Assembly: GCA_046728795.1 (NCBI GenBank)
Contig: JBKPFJ010000006.1
Span: 1-58,792 of the forward strand
Direction: 5' to 3'
Source of the DNA: Actinomycetota bacterium
Lineage (GTDB): Bacteria; Actinomycetota; Thermoleophilia; Solirubrobacterales; Thermoleophilaceae
DNA length: 58,792 bases
Part shown: piece by piece, positions 1 to 9,959 of the stretch
Layout of the letters: every line of letters begins with the position of its first letter
Numbering within the stretch: position 1 is the stretch's first letter
Translations under genes and position numbers: made by a program
Notes under the pieces: model-generated
Databases searched by the model: none
Seen by the model: the letters and a program-made list of their open reading frames with translations, nothing else
Told to the model about the DNA's origin: nothing

Positions 1-606
1 GCGGTGGTCGCGACGGACCTCGACACCACGGTGCTGCTCGAGCTGTCACGGCCGAATCTCGAGATCCGTGTCCATGACGTGCTCAAGGATGAGCTCCCAC
101 AGGAGGAGTTCGACCTCGTGCATCTCCGCCTTCTTTTGGCATGGTTGAGCGAACCGCGGACGGCGCTCGAGCGGCTGACCGCGGCGCTCAGGCCGGGAGG
201 CTGGCTGCTGGCCGAGGAGATGGACTTCTCCTCCGTGGCGGCCGACCCGCGCGTCGGCGCCGCAGCGCAGGACGGCTTCGGGCGTGTCGTCAAGGCGCAC
301 GAGGCCGTCCTGGCCGAGCAGCACACCTTCGACCCGCACTACGGTCGTCGGGTCGCCGGCGACCTGGCCGACGCCGGGCTCGAGGACGTCGCTTCCGAGG
401 GTCGCGCGTCGATGTGGCGCGGCGGCGAGGCGGGCGGGACCGTGTGGCGACTGACGTTCACTCAGTTGCGCGAGCCGATGCTGGCGTCCGGCCTCGTCAC
501 GCCGGCCGAGATCGACGAGGCGATCGCGCTTTGCGACGACCCAGGGTTCTGGTTCGTCTCGCAGATCACGATGGCCGCCCGAGGCCGTCGCCCCGCCGCC
601 GCTTGA
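1..606 (+). CDS. class I SAM-dependent methyltransferase, 5' end outside window
   Basis: ORF 4..606 is open to the window edge. The translated part (DLVHLRLLLAWL...LRPGGWLLAEEMDF) looks like the post-motif-I core of Methyltransf_11/12-type enzymes. The GxGxG SAM motif is absent, so the start lies upstream. Confidence 0.6.
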   Translation, partial: AVVATDLDTTVLLELSRPNLEIRVHDVLKDELPQEEFDLVHLRLLLAWLSEPRTALERLTAALRPGGWLLAEEMDFSSVAADPRVGAAAQDGFGRVVKAHEAVLAEQHTFDPHYGRRVAGDLADAGLEDVASEGRASMWRGGEAGGTVWRLTFTQLREPMLASGLVTPAEIDEAIALCDDPGFWFVSQITMAARGRRPAAA

Positions 607-612
607 CCGTCC

Positions 613-894
613 TCAGCCGAACCGATCGACGATTCGATCGGCGTAGAAATCCTGCCAGCGGGCCTGAGCTTCCGCCGCTGCGAATGCGCGCTCCGACTCC
701 ACGAGCTCGTGGACGAGGTGGCTGCGGGTCGGCGTGCGGCCGAGCGTCTCGGGAAGCTCGGAGTGATCGATGAGCCAGTCGGCGTAGAAGGAAGCCCAGT
801 CGTCGTCCGCTCCGTCGCTGATGCGATAGACGACGTGATGGACCTCGCCGGCCTCGTGCAGTAGATCGCTCACCCGTTGGGTCCGCTCGTCCAC
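613..894 (-). CDS. conserved hypothetical protein (93 aa, acidic)
   Basis: Complete ORF with balanced composition (DGADDDWASFYADWLIDHSELPETLG), unlike the Arg/Pro-rich shadow ORFs around it. No domain I can name. Confidence 0.5.
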   Translation of the reverse strand: MDERTQRVSDLLHEAGEVHHVVYRISDGADDDWASFYADWLIDHSELPETLGRTPTRSHLVHELVESERAFAAAEAQARWQDFYADRIVDRFG

Positions 895-932
895 GGGTAA
901 ACCTTACGCGCGGAGGTCGCGCCGACCCAAAT

Positions 933-1286
933 TCACTCGGCGATGCCGATGCGGCGGTCGAACCCAGCCGGTGCGTGGATATTGAGCATCCGCACCGGAC
1001 GTACGCCATCGTTGCGGAAGCCGTGTTCGACTCCGGGCGGGACGAGCACGAAAGCCCCCGGCGGCGCGGCCACGCGCTCGTCACCGAAGAGGAAGGTCAG
1101 CTCGCCTTCGACGATGTAGAACGCGTCGTCCTCGTCCGGGTGGACGTGTGCCTCGAGCTCGCGCCCGGGAGCGATCTCGATCATTCCGAAGGTGAAGCGC
1201 GGGGTGTCCAAGGTGCGCGCGAGGAACTCGACGTTGCCCACGCGATGGCCCTGACCGGGCGGTACCACGATGGGTCGACGCTCCAT
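933..1286 (-). CDS. cupin domain protein
   Basis: Internal ATG (residue 98 of ORF 933..1577) gives MERRPIVVPPGQGH. It carries two cupin motifs, ELEAHVHPDEDDAFYIVEGEL and PPGVEHGFRN. The upstream part of the long ORF is repeat-remnant sequence. Confidence 0.8.
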   Translation of the reverse strand: MERRPIVVPPGQGHRVGNVEFLARTLDTPRFTFGMIEIAPGRELEAHVHPDEDDAFYIVEGELTFLFGDERVAAPPGAFVLVPPGVEHGFRNDGVRPVRMLNIHAPAGFDRRIGIAE

Positions 1287-1341
1287 CCAGCGATCCTTCC
1301 CGGACCTGGGGGGTCGGGAGTCGGGATAGGCGCACACGGAT

Positions 1342-1740
1342 TCAGCCCAGAAGGGGCGCCACGGCGGCGTCGTCGCCCCCCGTCCTCTGGCCGGCGACGA
1401 TGATCCGCCCGTTCGGCCAGAGGGCGACCGCGTTGCCGAAGGTGGCGCCGAGGTCGACGGTCGCTTATTGGCGGCGCCGAACGTGGTGTCCGGCGATCCG
1501 TCCGAGTTGAGGCGCGCGACCGCGGCTTCCTCCTTGACTGCAATGTCGCGCCGAAGGCGCGGACTGGCGGCCGCCACCGAACTCGATCATGCGCTTCCCG
1601 CCCGATCCGAACGTGGTGTCGAGCCACCCCGTCGAGGCGCGCCCGCGGCGGTTAAGCTGCGAGGCGAGCCCGCGCTCACCGGCCCTCCAGCCGCCAGATT
1701 CGGGAGGGTCCCTGAGTTTTCGGGACACATGGTCGCGCAA
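1342..1740 (-). pseudogene. decayed delta-60 repeat protein gene (repeat units in three frames)
   Basis: Three repeat-like peptides follow each other on the minus strand: LDTTFGSGGKRMIEFGG (frame of ORF 1465..1740), VARLNSDGSPDTTFGAA (frame of ORF 933..1577) and TVDLGATFGNAVALWPNGRIIVAGQ (third frame, hand-translated down to a TGA near 1342). Joining them needs at least two frameshifts. There is no start codon or signal peptide. Confidence 0.45.
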
Positions 1741-1840
1741 GCTCAGGGACCCCGCGCCCGTGGCCGCTCCGCCTCGTGGCAGCGAGCCGCCAATGTCCCA
1801 GCCCTTGACCGCGAGCCTCCCCGCCGCTTACGGTCCGCGC

Positions 1841-2482
1841 ATGGAGCGCACAGTGGTCTGTATCTCGGCGTCGGACGGGTCGGGAGGCGAGGAGATCGGC
1901 CCGCTCGTGGCCCGCCGGCTCGGCATGCAACTCATCGACGAGGAGGTCGTGGCCCGGGCCGCCGAGGAGGCGGGGGTCGAAGCTCACGTCGTCGCGGACG
2001 TCGAGCAGCGCCGGTCGCTGGTCGAGCGTCTGCTGGGACAGCTGCCGGCCACAGCCGCGGCCGCGCCAATGAGCGGTTACGTGCCGCTGGCCTACGTTGA
2101 ACCGGGCCCGGCGGGCGACCAGCTCCGCGGCCTGATCCGAAGCGCCATCGAGGAGATCGGAGACCGAGGCTCGGTCGTCATCGTCTCCCACGCGGCGTCG
2201 CTGGCACTTCGCCGTCGCGACGGTGTCCTGCGGGTGCTAATCACCGGCTCGGAGGACGAGCGGCGGGCCCGCCTAGCCGCGGCGCGGGGAGTGGACGAGC
2301 GCGAGGCCGGAAAGCTCCTCGCGCGTGGAGACGCGAATCGCGCGGACTATTTCAAGCGCTTCTACAAGGTCGTCGCCGAGCTCCCCACGCACTACGACCT
2401 CGTCGTCAACACCGATCGTCTCAGCCTCGAGGAGGCGACCGACATCGTCGTGCACGCGGCGGAAGGATCGCCGGAAGGCTGA
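1841..2482 (+). CDS. cytidylate kinase-like family protein
   Basis: ATG at residue 85 of ORF 1589..2482 gives MERTVVCISASDGSGGEEIG (P-loop-like). Later motifs LITGSEDERRARL and RADYFKRFY..THYDLVVNTDRLS are typical of the cytidylate-kinase-like family. The start could instead be 1793. Confidence 0.7.
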   Translation: MERTVVCISASDGSGGEEIGPLVARRLGMQLIDEEVVARAAEEAGVEAHVVADVEQRRSLVERLLGQLPATAAAAPMSGYVPLAYVEPGPAGDQLRGLIRSAIEEIGDRGSVVIVSHAASLALRRRDGVLRVLITGSEDERRARLAAARGVDEREAGKLLARGDANRADYFKRFYKVVAELPTHYDLVVNTDRLSLEEATDIVVHAAEGSPEG

Positions 2483-2669
2483 CCGGCCGAGTCGTCCTGG
2501 GCGAGTTACGCCGGGGCGTCCGTTGAGCGCGTGACCGGACCGGAGGTCGTCCGGTGGGACATGGAACCGCTCAAGCGCTCGCGGCGCGGGGTCGACGAGC
2601 GGGTAGGGGAAGTCGCTCCCGTGCATCGACGCACGTGGGGAAGTCTCAGCCCATCCGCTCCGTCGTCGC

Positions 2670-3371
2670 TCAGCCTCCTGAGTACTCGTAGCGGCGAAGA
2701 GGCCAGCCCTCGAAATCCCCGCCGCGCCCCAGCGGCGCCCTGTCGAGCAGCTGCCACGTGCTGCTCAGCACGTCGGTGCCGCGGTCGTAGGTGGAGTACG
2801 TGTGGTACACGGTCCCGTCCTCCAGCGCGAACGCGCTCAGGCCATGCAGCTCCACGTCCCGGAGGTCGATGTCGGCTCTCCGGGCGGTGCCGAAGTTGAA
2901 CCCCGTGCCGGTACGACGCTCCTCGTCGCTGAACACGCTGAAGTCGAGGTTGAAGTCGTCGACCGAGGAGACCCACGGGAAGCCCCAGCCCATGCGCCGC
3001 TTGTAGTCCTCGAGCCGCTCGAGCGGAGCGCGGGAGACCGCCACGAACGTCACGCCGCGGTGCGGGAGGTGGACGACCGCCCCGTCGAGACTGTCCGCGG
3101 TGTAAGAGCAGCCCGGGCAGGCCGCCTCGTCGTCCGGGCCGAACATCAGGTGGTACACGAGCAGCTGGGAGCGCCCGTCGAACAACTCCGCGAGCGTCTT
3201 CGTTCCGTCGTCCGTCTCGAAGCGGTACTCACGCTCGACCGGAACCCAGGGCAGTCCCCGGCGCTCCCGCGCCAGCTCGTCGCTTCGCCGGGTGAGCTCC
3301 TTCTCACGTTCGAGCAGCTCGACCCGAGCCGCCAACCATTCCTCGCGCGTTCCGACCTTGCGCACGGCCAT
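2670..3371 (-). CDS. DUF899 thioredoxin-like protein
   Basis: Internal ATG at 3371 gives MAVRKVGTREEWLAARVELLEREKELTRRSDELA, followed by FGPDDEAACPGCS and a conserved C-terminal half. The part of the long ORF upstream of 3371 overlaps the next gene. Confidence 0.8.
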   Translation of the reverse strand: MAVRKVGTREEWLAARVELLEREKELTRRSDELARERRGLPWVPVEREYRFETDDGTKTLAELFDGRSQLLVYHLMFGPDDEAACPGCSYTADSLDGAVVHLPHRGVTFVAVSRAPLERLEDYKRRMGWGFPWVSSVDDFNLDFSVFSDEERRTGTGFNFGTARRADIDLRDVELHGLSAFALEDGTVYHTYSTYDRGTDVLSSTWQLLDRAPLGRGGDFEGWPLRRYEYSGG

Positions 3372-3376
3372 GGCGA

Positions 3377-3757
3377 CTAAGCCTCCTGAAGCACGGACAG
3401 GATGTTCCCCGCCGGGTCCTTGAACCACGCGATGTCCGGCCCGTTCCCGCGGGCGATCCCCTTCTCGTCCTGCCCGAAGCCGTCGTAGCGCTCGAATCTC
3501 ACGCCTCGCGCGGCGAGCGCGTCGACCGCCTCGTCGACGTCGTTGACCGCGAAGTTCAGGATCGTGTAGTTCGCCGGCGCGTGGTCCGGCTTCGCGTACA
3601 CGAGCGTGTCCCGGTCGCCGGCCAGGTGGAGCGCCAAGAGGCCGTTCTCCTCGTCCCACATCTCCACGTTCAGGCCGAGCGTCTTGCCGTAGAAGTCCTG
3701 CGCCTTCTTCACGTCGTCGACGGCGAAGCCGCTGTATGCCTTGGTGTTGGCGAACAT
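3377..3757 (-). CDS. VOC (glyoxalase/bleomycin-resistance) family protein
   Basis: ATG at 3757 gives MFANTKAYSGFAVDDVKKAQDFYGKTLGL, with C-terminal WFKDPAGNILSVLQ typical of the VOC fold. Confidence 0.75.
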   Translation of the reverse strand: MFANTKAYSGFAVDDVKKAQDFYGKTLGLNVEMWDEENGLLALHLAGDRDTLVYAKPDHAPANYTILNFAVNDVDEAVDALAARGVRFERYDGFGQDEKGIARGNGPDIAWFKDPAGNILSVLQEA

Positions 3758-3820
3758 GACTTGCTCCTCTCTTTCAAGACCTGAGCTATAGACCGCTCGC
3801 AACCCCAAAAGTAATCGCTG

Positions 3821-4432
3821 CTACCCCGCGACCACGCCCGGGAGCCAGGCCCGCACCGCGGCGCCCACCGCTTCGAGGTCCTTTTTGAGACCGTGGTCGC
3901 CCGCGACCTGCACCACCGTGCGATTCGCCGCGGTGGGCGGGATCCCGAAGCGGTCGCGGTCGCCCTGCACGACCAGCGTCGGGACCTTCACGTCGTCGAG
4001 CTCGGCGACGCGGCTCGGCGGCTGCGTGCTTCCCTTGCGGGCCGGGGGCTGAAGCGGGAAGGCCAGGCACAGCACGGCTACCGCCGCGGTGGCCTCGGCG
4101 GTGCGGCAGGCCACGCGGGCGCCCAACGATCGGCCGCCGGCCACAAGCGGCAACCCCCGCCCCTCGCCCGCCCGCAGCCGGTCGACGACCGCAGTCCACG
4201 CGGCGTCGAGCTGGCCTGCGGGAGCTGGTGAGCGCCGTCCGGCCACCCGGTAGGGCTGCTCGACGAGCGCCACGCTGACCCTCTCCGAGCGCGCGACGCC
4301 CGTGACGGCCTTCAGGTCCGGTGACTCCACCCCTCCGGCCGCGCCGTGGCCCAGGACCAGCAGTGCCGCTGGGTCGGCCGCGTGATGGAGACGGACGCGC
4401 GCCTCCCCGTGCGGAGTGTCGATCCTCAGCAC
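3821..4432 (-). CDS. alpha/beta hydrolase (KANL3/Tex30-like)
   Basis: Complete ORF. It has a nucleophile-elbow-like GGRSLGARVA, a VVQGDRDRFG segment and a late GDH. Confidence 0.75.
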   Translation of the reverse strand: MLRIDTPHGEARVRLHHAADPAALLVLGHGAAGGVESPDLKAVTGVARSERVSVALVEQPYRVAGRRSPAPAGQLDAAWTAVVDRLRAGEGRGLPLVAGGRSLGARVACRTAEATAAVAVLCLAFPLQPPARKGSTQPPSRVAELDDVKVPTLVVQGDRDRFGIPPTAANRTVVQVAGDHGLKKDLEAVGAAVRAWLPGVVAG

Positions 4433-4442
4433 GGGTTGGCGG

Positions 4443-5921
4443 CTAGCAGGCCTCGGAGTAGGCGGGCTCGGAGCCGGCCGGCTCGGCCTCGTGCCCCGCC
4501 AGCCCCGCTGCCTGCTTCTCCGGCTGGATCACGGTCACTCCGACCACGATGGCGGCCACCACCAGAAGCGCCCCCACCAGGAACGCCAGGTGGTAGCCGC
4601 TCGTCAGCGCGGAGGCGGTGGCCTTGCCGCTGTCCAGCAGGTTGTCGGTGCGCGTAGTGGACAGCGTCGCGAGCACCGCCAGCCCGAGTGCGCCACCCAC
4701 CTCGGCCGTGGTGTTGACGAGACCGGACGCCAGGCCCGCGTCGTCCTGGGTGGCGCCCGACATCGCGAGCGTCATCAGCGCGGCGAAGGAGACGCCGATG
4801 CCGAGGCCGAGGAGCACCATCACGGGAAGGACGTCGCGCACGTAGCTTGCGTCGACCGGCGCCCGTGCGAACAGCACAAGCCCGGTGGCGATGAGGACCA
4901 TGCCCGGAAGCAGCGCCGTCTTCGCGCCGAAGCGCATGATCAGCAGCTCCGAATAGCGAAGCGAGAGGACGCCCATGATGATCGTGGCCGGCAGGAACGC
5001 GAGCCCGATCTCGAGCGCGTCGTAGCCCTGCACGCGCTCGAGGTAGAGGGCGCCCATGAAGAACATCCCGAACATGCCCGCCACCAGCAGCGCCTGGATC
5101 GCGTTGGCGCCCGACATGTTGCGCGAGCGGAAGATCCGCAGCGGGATCAGCGGATTGCGCGCGGTTGCCTCGCGCACGAGGAAGACCGCCAGTAGCGCGA
5201 GCGAGAGGGCGCCCAGCCCGAGCGTTCGGCCGGAGCCCCAGCCGTCCTCCGCGGCGGGCTTGACGATCGTATAGACCCCGAGCATCAGCGACCCCGTGAT
5301 CAGGACCGCGCCGGGCACGTCTGCTCCCTCGCCGAAGCCGATGCCCTCGTCCCGCTTCAGCAGCCGCCCGGCCAGGAGCGCAGTCAGGATGGCGATCGGG
5401 ATGTTCACGAAGAAGATCCAGTGCCAGTTGATCGACTGGGTCAGCACGCCGCCGGCGAGGAGGCCGATCGAGCCGCCTGCCGAGGCCACGAACGCGTAGA
5501 CGCCCATGGCCTTCGCCTGCTCCCGCGGCTCGGGGAACATCGTGACGATCATCCCCAGGATGACCGCGGAAGTCATGGCGCCTCCGACGCCCTGGACGAA
5601 TCGGGCCGCCACGAGCATCCCCTGGCTCTGCGCCAGGCCGCACGCCAGCGAGGCCACGGTGAACACGGCGAGGCCGGCCATGAAGACGTCCTTGCGCCCG
5701 AGGATGTCGCCGAAGCGCCCGGACAGCAGCAGGAGCCCGCCGAAGGCGATCAGATAGGCGTTGACCACCCATGCGAGGCTGGACTGCGAGAACCCCAGGT
5801 CGTCCTGGATCGACGGCAGGGCGACGTTCACGACGGTCACGTCGAGGACGATCATGAGCATGCCCACGCACAGCACGTAGAGGGCGATCCAGCGATTCCT
5901 GTCGGTCATGGTTTCAGTCAT
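4443..5921 (-). CDS. MFS transporter, DHA2 (EmrB/QacA-like, 14 TM) family
   Basis: The 492-aa ORF is hydrophobic throughout. It shows an MFS motif-A-like GRFGDILGRKDVF and a length and helix count typical of DHA2 drug:H+ antiporters. Confidence 0.9.
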   Translation of the reverse strand: MTETMTDRNRWIALYVLCVGMLMIVLDVTVVNVALPSIQDDLGFSQSSLAWVVNAYLIAFGGLLLLSGRFGDILGRKDVFMAGLAVFTVASLACGLAQSQGMLVAARFVQGVGGAMTSAVILGMIVTMFPEPREQAKAMGVYAFVASAGGSIGLLAGGVLTQSINWHWIFFVNIPIAILTALLAGRLLKRDEGIGFGEGADVPGAVLITGSLMLGVYTIVKPAAEDGWGSGRTLGLGALSLALLAVFLVREATARNPLIPLRIFRSRNMSGANAIQALLVAGMFGMFFMGALYLERVQGYDALEIGLAFLPATIIMGVLSLRYSELLIMRFGAKTALLPGMVLIATGLVLFARAPVDASYVRDVLPVMVLLGLGIGVSFAALMTLAMSGATQDDAGLASGLVNTTAEVGGALGLAVLATLSTTRTDNLLDSGKATASALTSGYHLAFLVGALLVVAAIVVGVTVIQPEKQAAGLAGHEAEPAGSEPAYSEAC

Positions 5922-6066
5922 CGGGTCGGGCTCCCTGTCGCGGTCATTTCGAACTGAGACCGAGAGGGGCTCGAAAACTCATCGGCCCGGGCGGCCTCCC
6001 AAACCTACCTGTCGGAGAACACGGGCCCGCCGCTTCGCCTGTGCATAACTAGCATTGGCCTAGGCC

Positions 6067-8061
6067 ATGCCCTCCGACTCTCCCGCCCCCGAACCCAGCC
6101 GCGCCGCCCCGCCGGATCCGCGGACGCCTCTGCCCCCGCCGAGCGAGCGCGGCAAGCCGAGCTGGCGCGTCGACCCCTCCCCGGACGGCCGCGGCGCGCC
6201 GCCGCGCAAGACCCCGATGCTGCCGTTCCGCCCCGGCCGCTTCGTGGCGATCCTCGCCCTGCTGTTCGCCCTCAACTACCTGTTCGTGGCGATCGTCGCG
6301 CCCCCAACGGAGCGGATCCGGATCCCGTATACCCCCACGTTCCTCAGCCAGGTCCGGCATGGCAACGTGAAGGAGATCTCGTCGGAGGGCGAGACCGTTC
6401 AGGGCGACTTCCGGACCAAGGTCAAGTTCGAGGGGAACGAGGCCACGCACTTCCGCACGGAGGTGCCCACCTTCGCCAATACCGACCAGCTCTCGAAGCT
6501 GCTCGAGGACCACAACGTGCGTGTGAACGCGAAGCCGCCGGGCGACCGATCCCTGCTCGAGACGCTGCTGTTCTCGTTCGGGCCGACGATCCTGCTGGTC
6601 GCGCTTTTCGTCTGGCTGTTCCGCCGCGCGGCCGGTGGCGGGGCGGGCGGCGTGCTCGGCTCCTTCGGGCGCTCGCGCGCACGGCGCGCGGAGGCCTCCG
6701 AGGTGCGGGTGAACTTCTCCGACGTTGCGGGCATCGACGAGGTGAAGCGCGAGCTCACCGAGATCGTCGACTTCCTGAAGAACCCGCAGAAGTACGCCCG
6801 CCTTGGCGCCCGGATGCCGCGCGGCGTCCTCCTCCAGGGACCGCCCGGCACCGGCAAGACGCTGCTCGCCAAGGCGCTCGCGGGTGAGGCCCACGTGCCC
6901 TTCTTCTCGATCTCCGCCTCCGAGTTCATCGAGGCGATCGTGGGCGTCGGCGCCTCGCGGGTTCGCGACCTCTTCAATCAGGCGAAGGAGGCCGCTCCGG
7001 CGATCATCTTCATCGACGAGCTGGATGCCATCGGTCGCTCCCGCGGCGGCGCCCAGGCGTTCGGCGGCGGTCACGACGAGCGCGAGCAGACCCTCAACCA
7101 GATCCTCACCGAGATGGACGGCTTCGACTCCTCGGCCGGCGTGATCGTACTGGCCTCGACGAACCGGCCCGAGGTGCTCGACCCCGCCCTGCTGCGCCCC
7201 GGCCGCTTCGACCGCCGCATCGCGGTCCAGCCGCCCGACCGCGATGGCCGCCGGGCGATCCTCGAGGTGCACACCCGCTCGGTGCCACTCGACCCGTCGG
7301 TCGACCTCGACGCGCTCGCCTCGAGCACCCCCGGGATGGTGGGCGCGGACCTCGCCAACCTGGTCAACGAGGCGGCGCTGCTCGCCGCCAGCCGCGGCCA
7401 CGCGGCCGTGCGCCAAGCGGACCTGACGGACGCCCTCGAGAAGATCGTGCTCGGGGCCGAGCGCAAGGTGCTCCTGTCCGAGGACGACCGCCGGAGGATC
7501 GCCTACCACGAGGGCGGGCACGCGATCGTCGGGATGTTGACCCCGGGCGCCGACCCCGTGCGCAAGGTGTCGATCATCCCGCGCGGGATGGCCCTCGGCG
7601 TGACCCTGTCGGCCCCGGACGCCGACAAGTTCAACTACGAGCAGTCCTATCTGCTGGCGAAGATCAAGGTCGCCCTCGGCGGCCGCGCGGCTGAGGAGGT
7701 CGTGTTCGGGGACCTCACCACGGGTGCCGAATCGGACATCCAGCAGGTCACCCAGATCGCGCGCGGCATGGTCGGCCGCTGGGGGATGTCCGAGAAGATC
7801 GGCTTCGTGACCGTGGACGGGCGGGACGGCCAGGGCCCGCTGCTGCCGGGCGTCGCCGGTGCCTCCGAGCGCACCCAGGAGCTGGTCGACGAGGAGGTGC
7901 GGCGCATTGTCGAGGAGGCGCACCTGGAGGTGCGCGACCTCCTCGAGGAGAGTCGCCACCACCTCGACTCGCTTGCGGCCGCCCTGCTGGAGAACGAGAC
8001 GCTCGACGAGGACGACGCCTACCGGGCGGCCGGCCTGGGGCGCGTCCCCACCCCCGCCTAA
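6067..8061 (+). CDS. ftsH: ATP-dependent zinc metalloprotease FtsH
   Basis: Motifs present: two N-terminal TM helices, Walker A GPPGTGKT, Walker [12 protein letters not shown], and the zinc motif HEGGHAIV. The Pro-rich N-terminal extension makes the exact start uncertain. Confidence 0.95.
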   Translation: MPSDSPAPEPSRAAPPDPRTPLPPPSERGKPSWRVDPSPDGRGAPPRKTPMLPFRPGRFVAILALLFALNYLFVAIVAPPTERIRIPYTPTFLSQVRHGNVKEISSEGETVQGDFRTKVKFEGNEATHFRTEVPTFANTDQLSKLLEDHNVRVNAKPPGDRSLLETLLFSFGPTILLVALFVWLFRRAAGGGAGGVLGSFGRSRARRAEASEVRVNFSDVAGIDEVKRELTEIVDFLKNPQKYARLGARMPRGVLLQGPPGTGKTLLAKALAGEAHVPFFSISASEFIEAIVGVGASRVRDLFNQAKEAAPAIIFIDELDAIGRSRGGAQAFGGGHDEREQTLNQILTEMDGFDSSAGVIVLASTNRPEVLDPALLRPGRFDRRIAVQPPDRDGRRAILEVHTRSVPLDPSVDLDALASSTPGMVGADLANLVNEAALLAASRGHAAVRQADLTDALEKIVLGAERKVLLSEDDRRRIAYHEGGHAIVGMLTPGADPVRKVSIIPRGMALGVTLSAPDADKFNYEQSYLLAKIKVALGGRAAEEVVFGDLTTGAESDIQQVTQIARGMVGRWGMSEKIGFVTVDGRDGQGPLLPGVAGASERTQELVDEEVRRIVEEAHLEVRDLLEESRHHLDSLAAALLENETLDEDDAYRAAGLGRVPTPA

Positions 8062-8075
8062 GCGGCCTCGCGGCG

Positions 8076-9122
8076 CTAGCGGCGGCGCTCGGTCTTCCGT
8101 TCGAGCAGCGACACGTCGGCCAGGGCAAGCAGGTCGTCCGCGGACGTGCCCGGCGCATGCTCAGCGGCACCGTAGGAGACCTCGAGCGACCGCGGGCCAT
8201 CGCGGGAGATCCGCGCGGCCACCCGGCTCAGGACGCCGAGCGCGCCCTCGCGGTCGGTGCCCGGCAGGACGATCGCGAACTCGTCGCCGCCCCAGCGGAA
8301 GCAGCGGTCCTGGCCCCGGAGCGTGCTCTCGAGCAGGCGCGCCGCCTGCCGGAGGCACTGGTCGCCCTCGAGATGCCCGAAGCGGTCGTTTATCCGCTTC
8401 AGGTCGTCGACGTCCATCAAACCGATGCTGAGTGGTGCGCCCTCGCGCTCCGCACGGGCGACCTCCACGGTGAGTGTCTCGTCGAACGCGCGCTTGTTGC
8501 CCACCCCGGTCAGCGCATCCTTGCGTGCGAGGCGTCGCTCGACCTCGAGCCCGGCGCGCTGGCGGCGCACGTGGAAGAGGTAGGAGATGAGCACGATCCC
8601 GATGGCCACCACCAACAGCGCCTCTCCGACCACGTCGGCGGTGTCGCCGCCGAGGAGGGCGAGAACCGCGACCAGGACGGCCAGGTGCGTAAGGGCGCGG
8701 CGCGGCGGGTGCACGGCCCCCGCGCCCACCCAGAGTACGAACAGCAGGCGGTAGGGGGAGTCGTTGCCGGCGAGCCATTCCAGCGCCGCGACCTGCGCCA
8801 GGCCGGCGTACGCGACCACGAGCAGCGCGTCGAAGCCGGGTCGGGCGCGGGCGATCCACACCACCACGGCTACGGACGCCGCCACGACGCAGGCCGCGAG
8901 TGCCCAGCCCGCGCCGCCGATCGCGTCGGTCGGATGGTCGAGCGGGAAGTAGGCCACCGCGAGCAGCGCGCTCAAAGCCAGCAGGGCGGCTGTCGCGCGC
9001 CGCGAGACGGTCGGATCCGCGCCCTCGTACGGGCGAGGGGACGGAGCCAGCATCGCCCGCACCATCTCGAGCACCTGCTCTGAGAGCCCCACTATGGGGA
9101 CCATCGTAGGCCCGCCGGTCAA
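8076..9122 (-). CDS. membrane-anchored diguanylate cyclase (GGDEF)
   Basis: N-terminal half has multiple TM helices. The C-terminal half carries RWGGDEFAIV, with an RxxD I-site (RGQD) five residues upstream. The start may be 9104 or 9065, because nadC starts only 18 nt away divergently. Confidence 0.9.
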   Translation of the reverse strand: MTGGPTMVPIVGLSEQVLEMVRAMLAPSPRPYEGADPTVSRRATAALLALSALLAVAYFPLDHPTDAIGGAGWALAACVVAASVAVVVWIARARPGFDALLVVAYAGLAQVAALEWLAGNDSPYRLLFVLWVGAGAVHPPRRALTHLAVLVAVLALLGGDTADVVGEALLVVAIGIVLISYLFHVRRQRAGLEVERRLARKDALTGVGNKRAFDETLTVEVARAEREGAPLSIGLMDVDDLKRINDRFGHLEGDQCLRQAARLLESTLRGQDRCFRWGGDEFAIVLPGTDREGALGVLSRVAARISRDGPRSLEVSYGAAEHAPGTSADDLLALADVSLLERKTERRR

Positions 9123-9140
9123 CCTTTAGCCTGGGCCGCC

Positions 9141-9959
9141 GTGCACGAGCTGATCGACCGGGCGCTGGCCGAGGACCTGGGCGCGGGTGACGTGACCACC
9201 GCCGCGATCGTCCCGGTGGGCGCCCGCGCGCGGGCCCGCGTCGAGCAGCGAGCGGCCGGCGTGCTGAGCGGGTTGGGGGTGGCGGAGCAGGTATTCCTGC
9301 GCCTCGACCCGGAGCTCAGCTGGCAGGCGCAGGTCCCCGAGGGCCAGTGGCGCGGGCCGGGCGTCGCGGCCGAGGTGAGCGGCGCCGCGGCGCCGATCCT
9401 GGCCGCCGAGCGGGTTGCCCTCAACTTCCTGGGGCGCTTGTCGGGCATCGCCACCCTCACCGCCCGCTACGTCCAGGCCGTCGAGGGAACCGGGGTAGAG
9501 ATCCTCGACACGCGCAAGACCACTCCGGGCCTGCGCGAGCTCGAGAAGGCGGCGGTGGCTGCCGGAGGGGGCGTGAACCACCGACTCGGTCTGTTCGACG
9601 CCGTCCTGGTGAAGGAGAACCACAGCGCCCTGGCCGGAGGCGTGGGGGAGGCGACCCGGCGGGCGCTCGAGCGCGCGCCCGAGGGCATTCCCGTGGAGGT
9701 CGAATGCGCCACGCTCGCCGAGGTCGAGGAGGCGCTCGACGCCGGAGCTCCCCGCATCCTGCTCGACAACCTGACGACCGAGGAGCTGCGCCGCGCCGTG
9801 GAGCTCGTCGCCGGGCGAGCGAGGCTCGAGGCCTCCGGAGGCGTCGCACTCGAGACCGTGCGGGAGATCGCGGAGACCGGCGTGGACGTGATCAGCGTCG
9901 GCGCGCTAACGCACTCCGCGCCGGCGCTCGACGTCAGCCTCGTGCTGGATCCGGTCTAG
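9141..9959 (+). CDS. nadC: nicotinate-nucleotide pyrophosphorylase (carboxylating)
   Basis: N-terminal LIDRALAEDLGAGDVTT, then TRKTTPGLR, then C-terminal ISVGALTHSAPALDVSL. Confidence 0.9.
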   Translation: MHELIDRALAEDLGAGDVTTAAIVPVGARARARVEQRAAGVLSGLGVAEQVFLRLDPELSWQAQVPEGQWRGPGVAAEVSGAAAPILAAERVALNFLGRLSGIATLTARYVQAVEGTGVEILDTRKTTPGLRELEKAAVAAGGGVNHRLGLFDAVLVKENHSALAGGVGEATRRALERAPEGIPVEVECATLAEVEEALDAGAPRILLDNLTTEELRRAVELVAGRARLEASGGVALETVREIAETGVDVISVGALTHSAPALDVSLVLDPV

